From Bacteroidales bacterium (GTDB lineage: Bacteria > Bacteroidota > Bacteroidia > Bacteroidales > NBLH01), in the NCBI GenBank assembly GCA_021647685.1, contig JAKIUH010000002.1:1-42842 (forward strand): 42,842 nt of DNA, given 5' to 3'. A model generated the notes under the pieces. The model worked only from the letters and a program-made list of their open reading frames with translations, searched no databases and was not told where the DNA came from. Positions 34,704 through 42,842 of this stretch are shown in pieces. The stretch's first letter is position 1. Every line of letters begins with the position of its first letter. The position numbers and the translations under genes are program-made.

Positions 34704-36866
34704 TTAATTAACTTTCCGTTTTACTTCGTAAACATCTTCAATTTTTTTCAATCGTTCTATTAAATTATTGAGTTGTTTTGTATTATTTACCGATGTAATG
34801 ATGATTCCTTCAAAAAGATTATCTTTCCTCGGGTGAATAGTTAATGCACGCAAATTTAACTTAAACTCCTTGGCAATAATTTCCGTAATTGTATTTACAA
34901 TACCTACTTTGTCTTTTCCATTAATGTGTATTTGTACATTAAATTCTCCGGTCTCATGTTCTGTATTCCATTTTGCCTCCACAATACGGTATGGAAAACG
35001 CGCATACATATCCTTTGCATTCGGACAGGTTTTTTTGTGAATTTTTGTTCCTTTACTCACAGTTATAAAACCAAAAATTTCATCGCCGGGTATGGGATTG
35101 CAACATTTAGAAAGTTGATAATCAATTGTTTGAAGATTGTCTTCTATAATAAGATAATCCTGAGTTTTTGATTTGGAAATTTTTTTATTAAGAATACGAA
35201 GTTCTGTTTGTTCTTCAATTTGAGTTTCGTTTTCTTTTTCTGAAATATCTGCAAAAGCTTTTTTAATTTTATGAATATCCAGTTTGCCTTCACCAATTGC
35301 TTGATAAAAATCTAAAGTTGTTTTAAAACCAAAATAAACAACTAATTTATTGATATGAATATCATTAAAATCCAGTTTTAATTGTGAAAGTTTTTGTTTT
35401 ACGGCTTCTTTTCCTAAATCCAAATCTTTATATGTTTCGGCTTTGATAACGCGCTTAATTTTTGCACGTGCACGTGGGCTTTTAACAATTTCCAACCATT
35501 CGTATTTTGGTTTTTGGTTTTTTGAGGTTAATACTTTTACTTCATCACCATTTTTAAGTACATGACGTATGTTTTCAATCTTTCCGTTAACAATGGCTCC
35601 GGTACATTTTTCACCTATATTTGTATGAATAGAAAAAGCAAAATCCAAAACAGTATATCCGCGATGTAAACGCTTTAAATCACCATTAGGAGTAAAAACA
35701 AAAATTTCGTCGGTATAAAGCTTTGCTTTATCTTCTGTTGTTGATTGTTGAAATGATTTATCCGGTTTTTCAAGTATTTCTCTAATTTTTCCTAACCAAT
35801 CGGATTTGGCTTGTCCTGCTTTGTTTTCTTTATACTTCCAGTGTGCCGCTTGACCTTTTTCTGCAATTTCATCCATGCGGCGTGTACGAATTTGTACTTC
35901 AACCCATTTTTCTTTGGGCCCGATTACAGTAGTATGTAAAGATTCGTAACCGCTTGCTTTGGGTGCAGATATCCAATCGCGCAAACGTCTCGGATTGGGT
36001 ACATATTTATCGGTAATTATTGAATATACTTGCCAGCATTGGGCTTTTTCTTGAGGCAATTCTGTATCTATTATTACTCGAATGGCAAATTTATCGTAAA
36101 CTTCATCAAACTCAACACCCTGTTTTTTCATTTTATTCCAAATTGAATAGATTGATTTCGGGCGACCTTTTATTTCACAATGGATACCTTGTTTTTTAAG
36201 TTCTTTTTTCAAAGGAGCAATAAACTCCTCAATATACTGATTACGCGAAGACTTTGTTGCTTCTAATTTTTTAGCAATATCTTTATATGTTTCAGGATGA
36301 AGATATTTCATCGAAAGATCTTCCATTTCGGTTTTTATGGCATACAAGCCTAAACGGTGAGCAATAGGAGCATATAAGACAGAGATTTCAGAAGCGGTTT
36401 TTATTTGTTCTGTTCTGTCTGCATTTTTTAAATTGCGCAGGCAATATAGCATTTCTGCCAATTTTATTAGAATAGAACGAACATCTGTTGAAATAGTTAA
36501 TAGTAAATTAATAAATTTTTCAGTTTGGATGCTTAGTTTATCTAATTGAATAACAGGGATTTTTAATAAGCCGGAAACAATTTCGCTCACTTCTTTTCCG
36601 AAAATACTTTCAAGCTTTCCTTTTTCAAATAACTCATTTTTGGTGAAAACGTATAGAAATACTGCAATGATAGTAGTAGAACTTAAATTAATTTCATTGA
36701 TACTAATCTTACTTATTTCAATAGCTGTTTTTAATTTTTTATTAGCAGAATTATTTCTAAAGTCTTCAAAATCATTAATATAATTCCATACCAATAAAAA
36801 ATCATCTTTATCAAGAGCCGGATAAATATTTTTTAATTTGTTATATGTTTCCTCTGCTAACTGCAT
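34704..36866 (-). CDS. long RelA/SpoT homolog (RSH), RelA-like with degenerate hydrolase (HD) domain
   Basis: Synthetase landmarks GRPKSIYSIWNKMKKQ, FAIRVII and YESLHTTV...VEVQIRT. TGS domain (IFVFTPNGDLKRLHRGYTVLDFAFSIH) and a C-terminal ACT-like domain. The positions that align by eye with SpoT LLHDVIEDT and IKLADRTHNMRTL read FLYVFTKNE and IKLAEMLYCLRNL. Confidence 0.85.
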   Translation of the reverse strand: MQLAEETYNKLKNIYPALDKDDFLLVWNYINDFEDFRNNSANKKLKTAIEISKISINEINLSSTTIIAVFLYVFTKNELFEKGKLESIFGKEVSEIVSGLLKIPVIQLDKLSIQTEKFINLLLTISTDVRSILIKLAEMLYCLRNLKNADRTEQIKTASEISVLYAPIAHRLGLYAIKTEMEDLSMKYLHPETYKDIAKKLEATKSSRNQYIEEFIAPLKKELKKQGIHCEIKGRPKSIYSIWNKMKKQGVEFDEVYDKFAIRVIIDTELPQEKAQCWQVYSIITDKYVPNPRRLRDWISAPKASGYESLHTTVIGPKEKWVEVQIRTRRMDEIAEKGQAAHWKYKENKAGQAKSDWLGKIREILEKPDKSFQQSTTEDKAKLYTDEIFVFTPNGDLKRLHRGYTVLDFAFSIHTNIGEKCTGAIVNGKIENIRHVLKNGDEVKVLTSKNQKPKYEWLEIVKSPRARAKIKRVIKAETYKDLDLGKEAVKQKLSQLKLDFNDIHINKLVVYFGFKTTLDFYQAIGEGKLDIHKIKKAFADISEKENETQIEEQTELRILNKKISKSKTQDYLIIEDNLQTIDYQLSKCCNPIPGDEIFGFITVSKGTKIHKKTCPNAKDMYARFPYRIVEAKWNTEHETGEFNVQIHINGKDKVGIVNTITEIIAKEFKLNLRALTIHPRKDNLFEGIIITSVNNTKQLNNLIERLKKIEDVYEVKRKVN

Positions 36867-36891
36867 TTTACTTGCTTATTTTTTCTGTTTA

Positions 36892-36899
36892 CAAAAATA
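36892..36899 (-). promoter_or_regulatory. TAnnTTTG -7 box for the RSH gene
   Basis: The plus-strand caaaaata is the reverse complement of tattttTG, 25 bp upstream of the start at 36866. Confidence 0.4.
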
Positions 36900-37027
36900 C
36901 ATTTTTATTGACAGAACAAAAAAACATCTTTCAACGCAAGTTTTTTTCAAACATTGTGTCATATAGCTTAAGGAAGAGTATTATGCCTTAATAAATTAAT
37001 TAAAAATTAAAAATTTAACAGTAAATT

Positions 37028-39502
37028 ATGAAAAATTTAAGATTTCCGGGGATAATCTTTTTAATCGGTTTTAGTTTAAACATATTGGCACAACATCCGG
37101 GTGGTGGCGAAGGTCGTCAGATTCCTGAAATTGGTATTTTAAGCGGAACGGTTTATGATGGAAACAATACTCCTGTTGAATACGCCACAGTGTCCATATT
37201 TTCTATAAGAGATAATAAATTAATCACCGGCGGAATTACCGATGCAAAAGGACATTTTAAAATTGAGAAAATAAAACTTGGAGTTTATGCCGTACATGTT
37301 AAGTTTATTGGTTTCAATACTAAAATAATAAAGCCGGTTTATTTGTTGCCCAAAGGAAGAGGGAAGGGGCAAGGAGTAGAACAAGATTTAGGAAAAATTG
37401 TATTGGAAACTTCCTCTGTAGAAATGGAAGCGGTAAATGTGGTTGCCGATAAAGCACATGTACAATATAAAATTGATAAAAAAGTGATAAATGTGAGTCA
37501 GGATATGAACTCTGCCGGAGGAACAGCTGTGGATATTCTGGAAAATACACCTTCTATAAACGTAGATATTGATGGAAATGTAGAATTGCGTGGAAGTACG
37601 AATTTTACGGTTTTTATAGACGGAAAACCCACGGTTTTAGCTGCCAATGATATTTTACAGCAAATTCCGGCTAATTCCATTGAAAATATTGAGATAATTA
37701 CCAATCCGTCGGCAAAGTTTGACCCGGATGGGGCGGCAGGTATTATTAATATTATTATGAAAAAGAAAAGGTCTGCCGGTTTTAATGGTGTGGTAAACCT
37801 TTCTGTCGGAACTCAAAGCAGGTATAAAGGAAATGTTTTATTAAATTATAAAACCGGTAAATTTAATTTTGTGGCAGGTATGGATTACCGTGATGAAATG
37901 AGATACGGAACAGGTATGCAAGACAGAATTACTTATTATCCCGATACTACTTATTTTATGAGTTACTCAGGTGATAGGGATATGAATATTTACGGATTGG
38001 GTTTTCAAGGAGGCGTTGATTATTACATTAATGATAACAATACAATCAGCCTATCCGGTAGATATGGCAACAGAGAATTTGAACGACTCTCCGATTCATA
38101 TTATCATGAATGGACTACACCTAACAGCCTTGATGATTACTATCTGCGAGATAATGCAATCGGATATTCAGGAACTGCTTATAATATTGATTTAATATAT
38201 ACCTTAAAGCTTAAAAAGCCCAATCAGAAGTTTGAAACCTTATTGTATTATTCAAAATGGGATGGAGGACGTTTAGATCATCAAAACAAGTACATTACCG
38301 ATGAGGAAGGAAACATTGTTGATAATAACCCGGAAAAACGAAAAGCAGATGAACTAAATCCGAGAGAAAGTTACCGTTATCAGTTTGATTATACTTCACC
38401 TGTTGGAGTTAATGGAATGATCGAAGCCGGTTGGCAAGGGCGTTTGGATTACAGCAACTCCGATTATGTGTATAGTAATGATTCATCGGGTATTTGGATT
38501 ATTGATGAAGTAAAAACAAATTCAGCCAAATACTCGCGTAATATTCAAGCAGTTTATGGTACTTTTGCCAATCAAATTTTTGGCTTTGATTATAAATTAG
38601 GACTTCGTTTGGAATACACGGATCGTTTAATTGACCAATATACAACCAATGAAAAATACCCTGTAAATCGTTTTGATTATTTCCCGAGTGCATACATTAC
38701 CCGAGAGCTAAATAAAAAGCAACAAGTACAGTTAAGTTATAGTCGTCGCATAAATCGTCCGCGGGGCAGAAATCTAAATCCTTTTCCCGATTATTCCGAC
38801 CCATTTAATGTAAGAGTTGGAAACCCTGCATTAGAGCCTGAATATGTAGATTCTTACGAGTTGAATTTTCAAAACCGATTTAAAAAATCCTTTGTTTCGG
38901 TTGAAGCCTTTTATCGAAGAACCAGCAATATTATGACCAGAGTAACTGTTTTGGGAGAAGACAATGTTTTGTATCGCACATACGATAATCTAAATTATGA
39001 TAATTCGCTGGGTGCTGAATTTGTTGCAAATCATAACCTTTTAAAATGGTGGCGTTTAAACGGAAGCCTTTCAACATATTATTACTCAATTATAGGAAAA
39101 ATAGAGGGTGTAGATATATCAGAAGAATCGTTTAACTGGCGTTTGCGATTAAATAATACCTTTTCATTTAAAACAAATACACGAATACAATTAACCGGTT
39201 TTTATACTGCCCCGTCAGTAACTGCCCAAGGCACGCGAGGAGCATTTTATTTTGCGAACTTAGCCCTTAGGCAAGATTTATTTAAGAAAAAATTAAGCGT
39301 AACACTTCAGTTTCAAGATATGTTTAATACAATGGGACACAATTTTGAGAGCAAAACCGAAGATTTTTATACTTATTCTGAATTTACACGCCAAGGGCAA
39401 GTAGTATTGCTTTCCTTAACATATCGAATAAATAACTACAAAGATAAACGTAATAAAAGTAGAGGTCAAGACGATTTTGGTGGGGATATGGATATGGAAT
39501 AA
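37028..39502 (+). CDS. TonB-dependent receptor / outer-membrane beta-barrel family protein with N-terminal CarboxypepD_reg domain
   Basis: Signal peptide, CarboxypepD_reg (GTVYDGNNTPVEYATVSIF...GHFKIEKIKLGVYAV), plug region (DILENTPSINVDIDGNVELRGS) and a long Tyr/Asn/Gly-rich barrel. Confidence 0.85.
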   Translation: MKNLRFPGIIFLIGFSLNILAQHPGGGEGRQIPEIGILSGTVYDGNNTPVEYATVSIFSIRDNKLITGGITDAKGHFKIEKIKLGVYAVHVKFIGFNTKIIKPVYLLPKGRGKGQGVEQDLGKIVLETSSVEMEAVNVVADKAHVQYKIDKKVINVSQDMNSAGGTAVDILENTPSINVDIDGNVELRGSTNFTVFIDGKPTVLAANDILQQIPANSIENIEIITNPSAKFDPDGAAGIINIIMKKKRSAGFNGVVNLSVGTQSRYKGNVLLNYKTGKFNFVAGMDYRDEMRYGTGMQDRITYYPDTTYFMSYSGDRDMNIYGLGFQGGVDYYINDNNTISLSGRYGNREFERLSDSYYHEWTTPNSLDDYYLRDNAIGYSGTAYNIDLIYTLKLKKPNQKFETLLYYSKWDGGRLDHQNKYITDEEGNIVDNNPEKRKADELNPRESYRYQFDYTSPVGVNGMIEAGWQGRLDYSNSDYVYSNDSSGIWIIDEVKTNSAKYSRNIQAVYGTFANQIFGFDYKLGLRLEYTDRLIDQYTTNEKYPVNRFDYFPSAYITRELNKKQQVQLSYSRRINRPRGRNLNPFPDYSDPFNVRVGNPALEPEYVDSYELNFQNRFKKSFVSVEAFYRRTSNIMTRVTVLGEDNVLYRTYDNLNYDNSLGAEFVANHNLLKWWRLNGSLSTYYYSIIGKIEGVDISEESFNWRLRLNNTFSFKTNTRIQLTGFYTAPSVTAQGTRGAFYFANLALRQDLFKKKLSVTLQFQDMFNTMGHNFESKTEDFYTYSEFTRQGQVVLLSLTYRINNYKDKRNKSRGQDDFGGDMDME

Positions 39503-39529
39503 GGGCATGCACTACTCAATATGAAAAAA

Positions 39530-39551
39530 GGAGCTTAAAGCTCCTTTTTTT
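39530..39551 (+). terminator. rho-independent terminator after the TonB-dependent receptor gene
   Basis: ggagct taa agctcc stem followed by ttttttt. The A-run upstream makes it potentially bidirectional. Confidence 0.75.
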
Positions 39552-39583
39552 GGTTTTATGTAATTGAAATAGTCGTTATAAAT

Positions 39584-41878
39584 TTGAAAAATATAAAAAA
39601 AAGCAGTAAATTTATTATCCATAAAACCAAACATACCGTGAAAGCTAAACTTGATTATCATCAGATTTTAGATGAAGCCCCTGATGCTATATGTATCATT
39701 AATAATCAACTGATTATTATTGATGTAAATATGCAAATGACTATTCTTTCCGGTTATTCTAAAAATGAACTTTTTTTAAGACCTTTAGCTGAATTATTTG
39801 ACAAGGAAAGCTTAGCTGAGAAACCGTTTAAAATTAATGAAATTGAAAATAATGAAACTATTTTTTTAGAGCGCTGTATTCTAACAAAATCAGGAAAAAA
39901 AATCTCGGTAGAAATGAAATCAAAAAAATTACCGGATGGAAATTACTTTTCAATAATCAGAGATATTAGCGATAGAATAAAAGCCCGTATTGAACTTCAA
40001 AACAGCTATGAAAAAATAAAAATCAATGAATTTAGATTTCGTAATTTATTTAATAATATCCCTTTAGGGATATTTATTGTTAATAAAAACGGTACTATTG
40101 AAGGAATTAATAATTCAATGGCTAAAATATTAGGTGCACCTTCACCTGAAATCAGCAAGAAATATAATATTTTTGAACTTCCAACCCTTAAAAATACAGA
40201 ACTGTTAGCCGATATTAAAAGGTGTTTTAACGAAGGAACAAGCTTTCATAAAGTTTATAATTACACTTCTGTTTGGAAAAAAGAGCTATTTGTTCGTGTC
40301 CATATCTTACCGGCAGAAAAATCGAGCAACAATAAAGTATTATCGATTGTTGAAGATTATACCGAGCAAAAAAAGAAAGAATTGCAGTTAAAAATTTTAT
40401 CAGAGGGCATTAACAGAACACCTGCCTGCGTAGTGGTTACTAATAAAGACGGTGAAATTATTTTTGTGAATGAAAAATTTCATAAACTTACCGGTTATTC
40501 TTTAGATGAAATCATGGGGAAAACTCCCAGAATATTGAAATCAGGACATCATTCAAATGAGTTTTATCAAAATTTATGGAATACAATTTTAGCAGGCAAA
40601 AGCTGGACAGGAGAATTATTTAATAAAAAGAAAGACGGAACTTTCTACTGGGAAAGTACCATGATTACTCCTATCAAAAATGAGTTGGGCGAAATAACTC
40701 ATTTTATGGCTATAAAAGAGGATATTACCGAAAAGAAAAAAGTAGAAGCAGAACTTAAAAAAGCAAAAGAGAAGGCAGAAGAATCAGACCGTTTAAAATC
40801 TTCTTTTCTGGCAAATATGTCGCACGAAATTAGAACACCTTTAAATGCAATTCTAGGTTTTACCTCCTTAATTCGTGATTATGAATTAGCCCCCGAAAAA
40901 TCAATAAAATTTCTTGACCTGATTCAAATAAACAGTAAACAGCTACTCAATATTATTGATGATATATTATTAATTTCCAAACTACAAATTAATGAAATTA
41001 AGCTGTCTCCATCTGTTTTTCTTTTATGTGATTTTTTTCAAGATTTATTTGAAACTTTTAACAGAGAAATTTATGTACAGGAAAGCAAAAACATAAGTCT
41101 TTTGCTCGATATACCCGATATGGTAGTAAAGCTTGAAGCAGATAAAAATAAATTAGCAATGGTTTTCTCAAAACTTATACGAAATGCCATTAAATTTACC
41201 GAACAAGGGACAATTACTATTGGTTATAAATTACAAGAAAATAGAAAATTTGTATTCTTTGTTAAAGATACAGGTATTGGTATTTCAAAGGAAAAACAAC
41301 AAATAATTTTTCTGAAATTTCGACAAGTTGACGATACAAAAACACGTAAGTATGGCGGAACCGGATTAGGCTTATCTATTGTAAAAGCCTTAATTGACCT
41401 TATGCAAGGACAAATTTGGTTACAAAGCAGTGAAGGAGCAGGTGCTCATTTTTATTTTTCCATTCCTGTCAGTATTATAGACGAAAAAGAAGAGAGTGAA
41501 AATAAAAAAGAACAGAGTTGGCAAAATAAAACAATTCTAATTGTAGATGATGTGTATGAGTCGGTTCTTTTAATTAATGAAATTTTAAAATCAACAGGCG
41601 TAAAAATAATAACGGCTTCTGACGGTATTGAAGCAATTGAGAAAGTTATGGCTGCAACAAAAATTGATTTGGTCTTAATGGATTTGCAGCTACCCCGGTT
41701 AAATGGCATTCAAGCTGCAAAAAAAATCAGGTCACTCAAAAACATTCCTATTATTGTACAATCTGCTTTTAAAGAAGAAGATTACAGGCAACAGTGTAAA
41801 AAAGCCGGCTGCAATGATTACATACAAAAGCCTATTAATCCGGACGAGCTCATGCATAAAATTGCAAACTTGTTGTAA
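39584..41878 (+). CDS. cytoplasmic hybrid sensor histidine kinase (3 PAS, HisKA, HATPase_c, REC), non-ATG start
   Basis: PAS regions, H-box [14 protein letters not shown], G-boxes DTGIGI and [11 protein letters not shown], and a receiver with [12 protein letters not shown]. No TM segment. The ORF opens at TTG 39584 and an in-frame GTG lies at 39638. The first in-frame ATG falls inside the first PAS domain. Confidence 0.8.
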   Translation: [764 protein letters not shown]

Positions 41879-41962
41879 AATACCAATAAGAAATTAGCTG
41901 AACACAAGCGGTTGAAAAATGTTAAATAGTTTATTTACTTATCCTTAAAAAATAATTTATTG

Positions 41963-41970
41963 TATATTTG
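41963..41970 (+). promoter_or_regulatory. TAnnTTTG -7 box upstream of the DUF4136 gene
   Basis: tatatttg lies 30 bp upstream of the ATG at 42001. Confidence 0.4.
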
Positions 41971-42000
41971 TTTTTCATTTAAATAATAAAATTAGAAGAT

Positions 42001-42576
42001 ATGAAGAAAATTTTTGTATTGCTTTTTGCTGTAACATTGATACTGGGCGCATGCTCTACACTAAAAGTTACCAGTGATTATGACCCGAATGTAAATTTCA
42101 GCAAATTTAAAACTTATAACCTATTACCTTGGCGCGAGGATGTTTCATCCATGGTGAATGATTTTGACAGAAAAAGAATAGTTGATGCAATAAAGCAGGA
42201 AATGGAGTTACGCGGATATACATATGCCGAATCAAATAGCGATGTAAGCGTTAGTGCCTATATTATTTTAGAGCAAAAAGAGCAAACAACCGCTTATTCA
42301 ACCTATATGGGTGGATACGGATATTATGCAGGATTTGGGTATTATGGATATGGTCCGGGTTTTAGAATGGGAACAAACCAGACAACTTATAATACTGAAA
42401 CTTATACTGTTGGTACTTTAATTATTGATATTTTTGATAACAGTACTAAAAAATTAATATGGCAAGGAATTGGCGTTGGAACAGTTGACAAAAATCCCAA
42501 AACAAGAGAACGGAATACACCAAAAGTGATAGCTGAGATTATGAAATCACTACCCGGTAAAGCAAATAAAAAATAA
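42001..42576 (+). CDS. DUF4136-type lipoprotein
   Basis: Lipobox LILGAC, then STLKVTSDYDPNVNFSKFKTYNLLPW and GTLIIDIFD...KLIWQG, patterns I associate with DUF4136. There is an internal Gly/Tyr-rich low-complexity stretch. Confidence 0.7.
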   Translation: MKKIFVLLFAVTLILGACSTLKVTSDYDPNVNFSKFKTYNLLPWREDVSSMVNDFDRKRIVDAIKQEMELRGYTYAESNSDVSVSAYIILEQKEQTTAYSTYMGGYGYYAGFGYYGYGPGFRMGTNQTTYNTETYTVGTLIIDIFDNSTKKLIWQGIGVGTVDKNPKTRERNTPKVIAEIMKSLPGKANKK

Positions 42577-42599
42577 GTCGCTAAATAGTGCAGGCTTTA

Positions 42600-42637
42600 A
42601 TCCCAAAATGGAAATTTTCTGTTTTGGGATTTTTTTG
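42600..42637 (+). terminator. rho-independent terminator after the DUF4136 gene
   Basis: Stem atcccaaaa / ttttgggat (9 bp, 13-nt loop) followed by ttttttt. Confidence 0.75.
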
Positions 42638-42668
42638 TATCTTTAAACAAACTTTAAATACATTTTTA

Positions 42669-42842
42669 ATGAATCAAAAAAAGCAATTTTTATTTATTAT
42701 TTTCTCAATACTGTATTGCACAACCAGCTTTTCACAAACAAACTTAAAAGATACATTGCCTGCTTATTTGCAAAAAAAAGCCATTGAGTTTATGCAGCCT
42801 CATGTAAATATGAACTACTCATACGTTACAAACGCAATACAA
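42669..42842 (+). CDS. 5' end of a secreted protein gene (partial, runs off the window)
   Basis: The ATG at 42669 opens a frame with no stop to the window end (58 codons). It begins MNQKKQFLFIIFSILYCTTSFSQ, a signal-peptide-like sequence. It is not in the supplied ORF track because it is incomplete. Confidence 0.4.
   Translation, partial: MNQKKQFLFIIFSILYCTTSFSQTNLKDTLPAYLQKKAIEFMQPHVNMNYSYVTNAIQ

Noticed and set aside
36867-37027. Possible riboswitch (for example cobalamin) upstream of the TonB-dependent receptor gene.
   Set aside because: The 160-bp spacer is very AT-rich, lacks the conserved riboswitch core sequences I know, and is largely accounted for by the divergent RSH promoter region.
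886-41897. About thirty short ORFs (60-100 aa) in the supplied track that lie antisense to, or out of frame within, long well-supported genes. Examples: 886-1083, 1261-1539, 3036-3239, 4568-4804, 8215-8484, 15559-15861, 17214-17504, 22421-22663, 26226-26441, 29272-29478, 34926-35171, 37320-37550, 41452-41709.
   Set aside because: Each is fully embedded in a longer ORF with clear family signatures on the other strand or frame. Their sequences are low-complexity or odd in composition and have no recognisable motifs. They are the expected by-product of AT-rich DNA with few stops in some frames.
1-42842. Search for CRISPR arrays, tRNA/rRNA/tmRNA genes, prophage or integrative-element hallmarks (integrase, att-like tRNA ends), toxin-antitoxin pairs, restriction-modification systems or other defence-system signatures.
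   Set aside because: I found no regularly spaced direct repeats, no cloverleaf-like GC-rich ~75-nt segments, and no integrase, nuclease, ATPase, methylase or other defence-type domains in any ORF. The only mobile element I could support is the IS at the left end.

Overview
This is an AT-rich chromosomal segment (by eye about one-third G+C, not computed) of a Bacteroidota-type genome. The hallmarks are a SusC/SusD pair, a T9SS C-terminal sorting domain, CarboxypepD_reg-fronted TonB-dependent receptors, lipoprotein signal peptides, and TAnnTTTG -7 boxes 19-45 bp upstream of many start codons. Gene content from left to right: an IS1634-like insertion sequence next to a probably truncated T9SS-cargo gene; recO; a 66-aa mini-protein made of a signal peptide plus a PEP/PID-CTERM-like tail; an AT-rich ~1.7 kb islet with one orphan Nudix-like ORF; a mini beta-barrel plus large surface lipoprotein pair; lepA; a 7TM-DISM receptor fused to a PP2C/SpoIIE phosphatase, followed by two tandem paralogous mini beta-barrels; and a DUF3365-type c-heme lipoprotein. 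Next comes a minus-strand amino-sugar locus (ROK regulator, frameshifted susC, susD, long NagB-LmbE fusion, SSF symporter) with no glycoside hydrolase, then an S8 peptidase, a 929-aa membrane-anchored protein of unknown function and an SDR. The right end is a signalling neighbourhood: a hybrid histidine kinase, a small membrane protein, a RelA-like long RSH with a degenerate HD domain, a TonB-dependent receptor and a second paralogous hybrid kinase with no ATG start. A DUF4136 lipoprotein and a partial ORF close the window. I saw no rRNA, tRNA, CRISPR array, prophage or recognisable defence-system hallmark, and I cannot point to a convincing novel multi-gene protein system. The least explained signals are non-coding. 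One is a family of very long (130-170 nt) near-perfect hairpin elements in intergenic gaps (13354-13673, 34506-34671, possibly 30748-31031). The other is a dispersed repeat present in opposite orientations at 14601-14692 and 25841-25935. All similarity statements are by-eye pattern recognition, not database searches.
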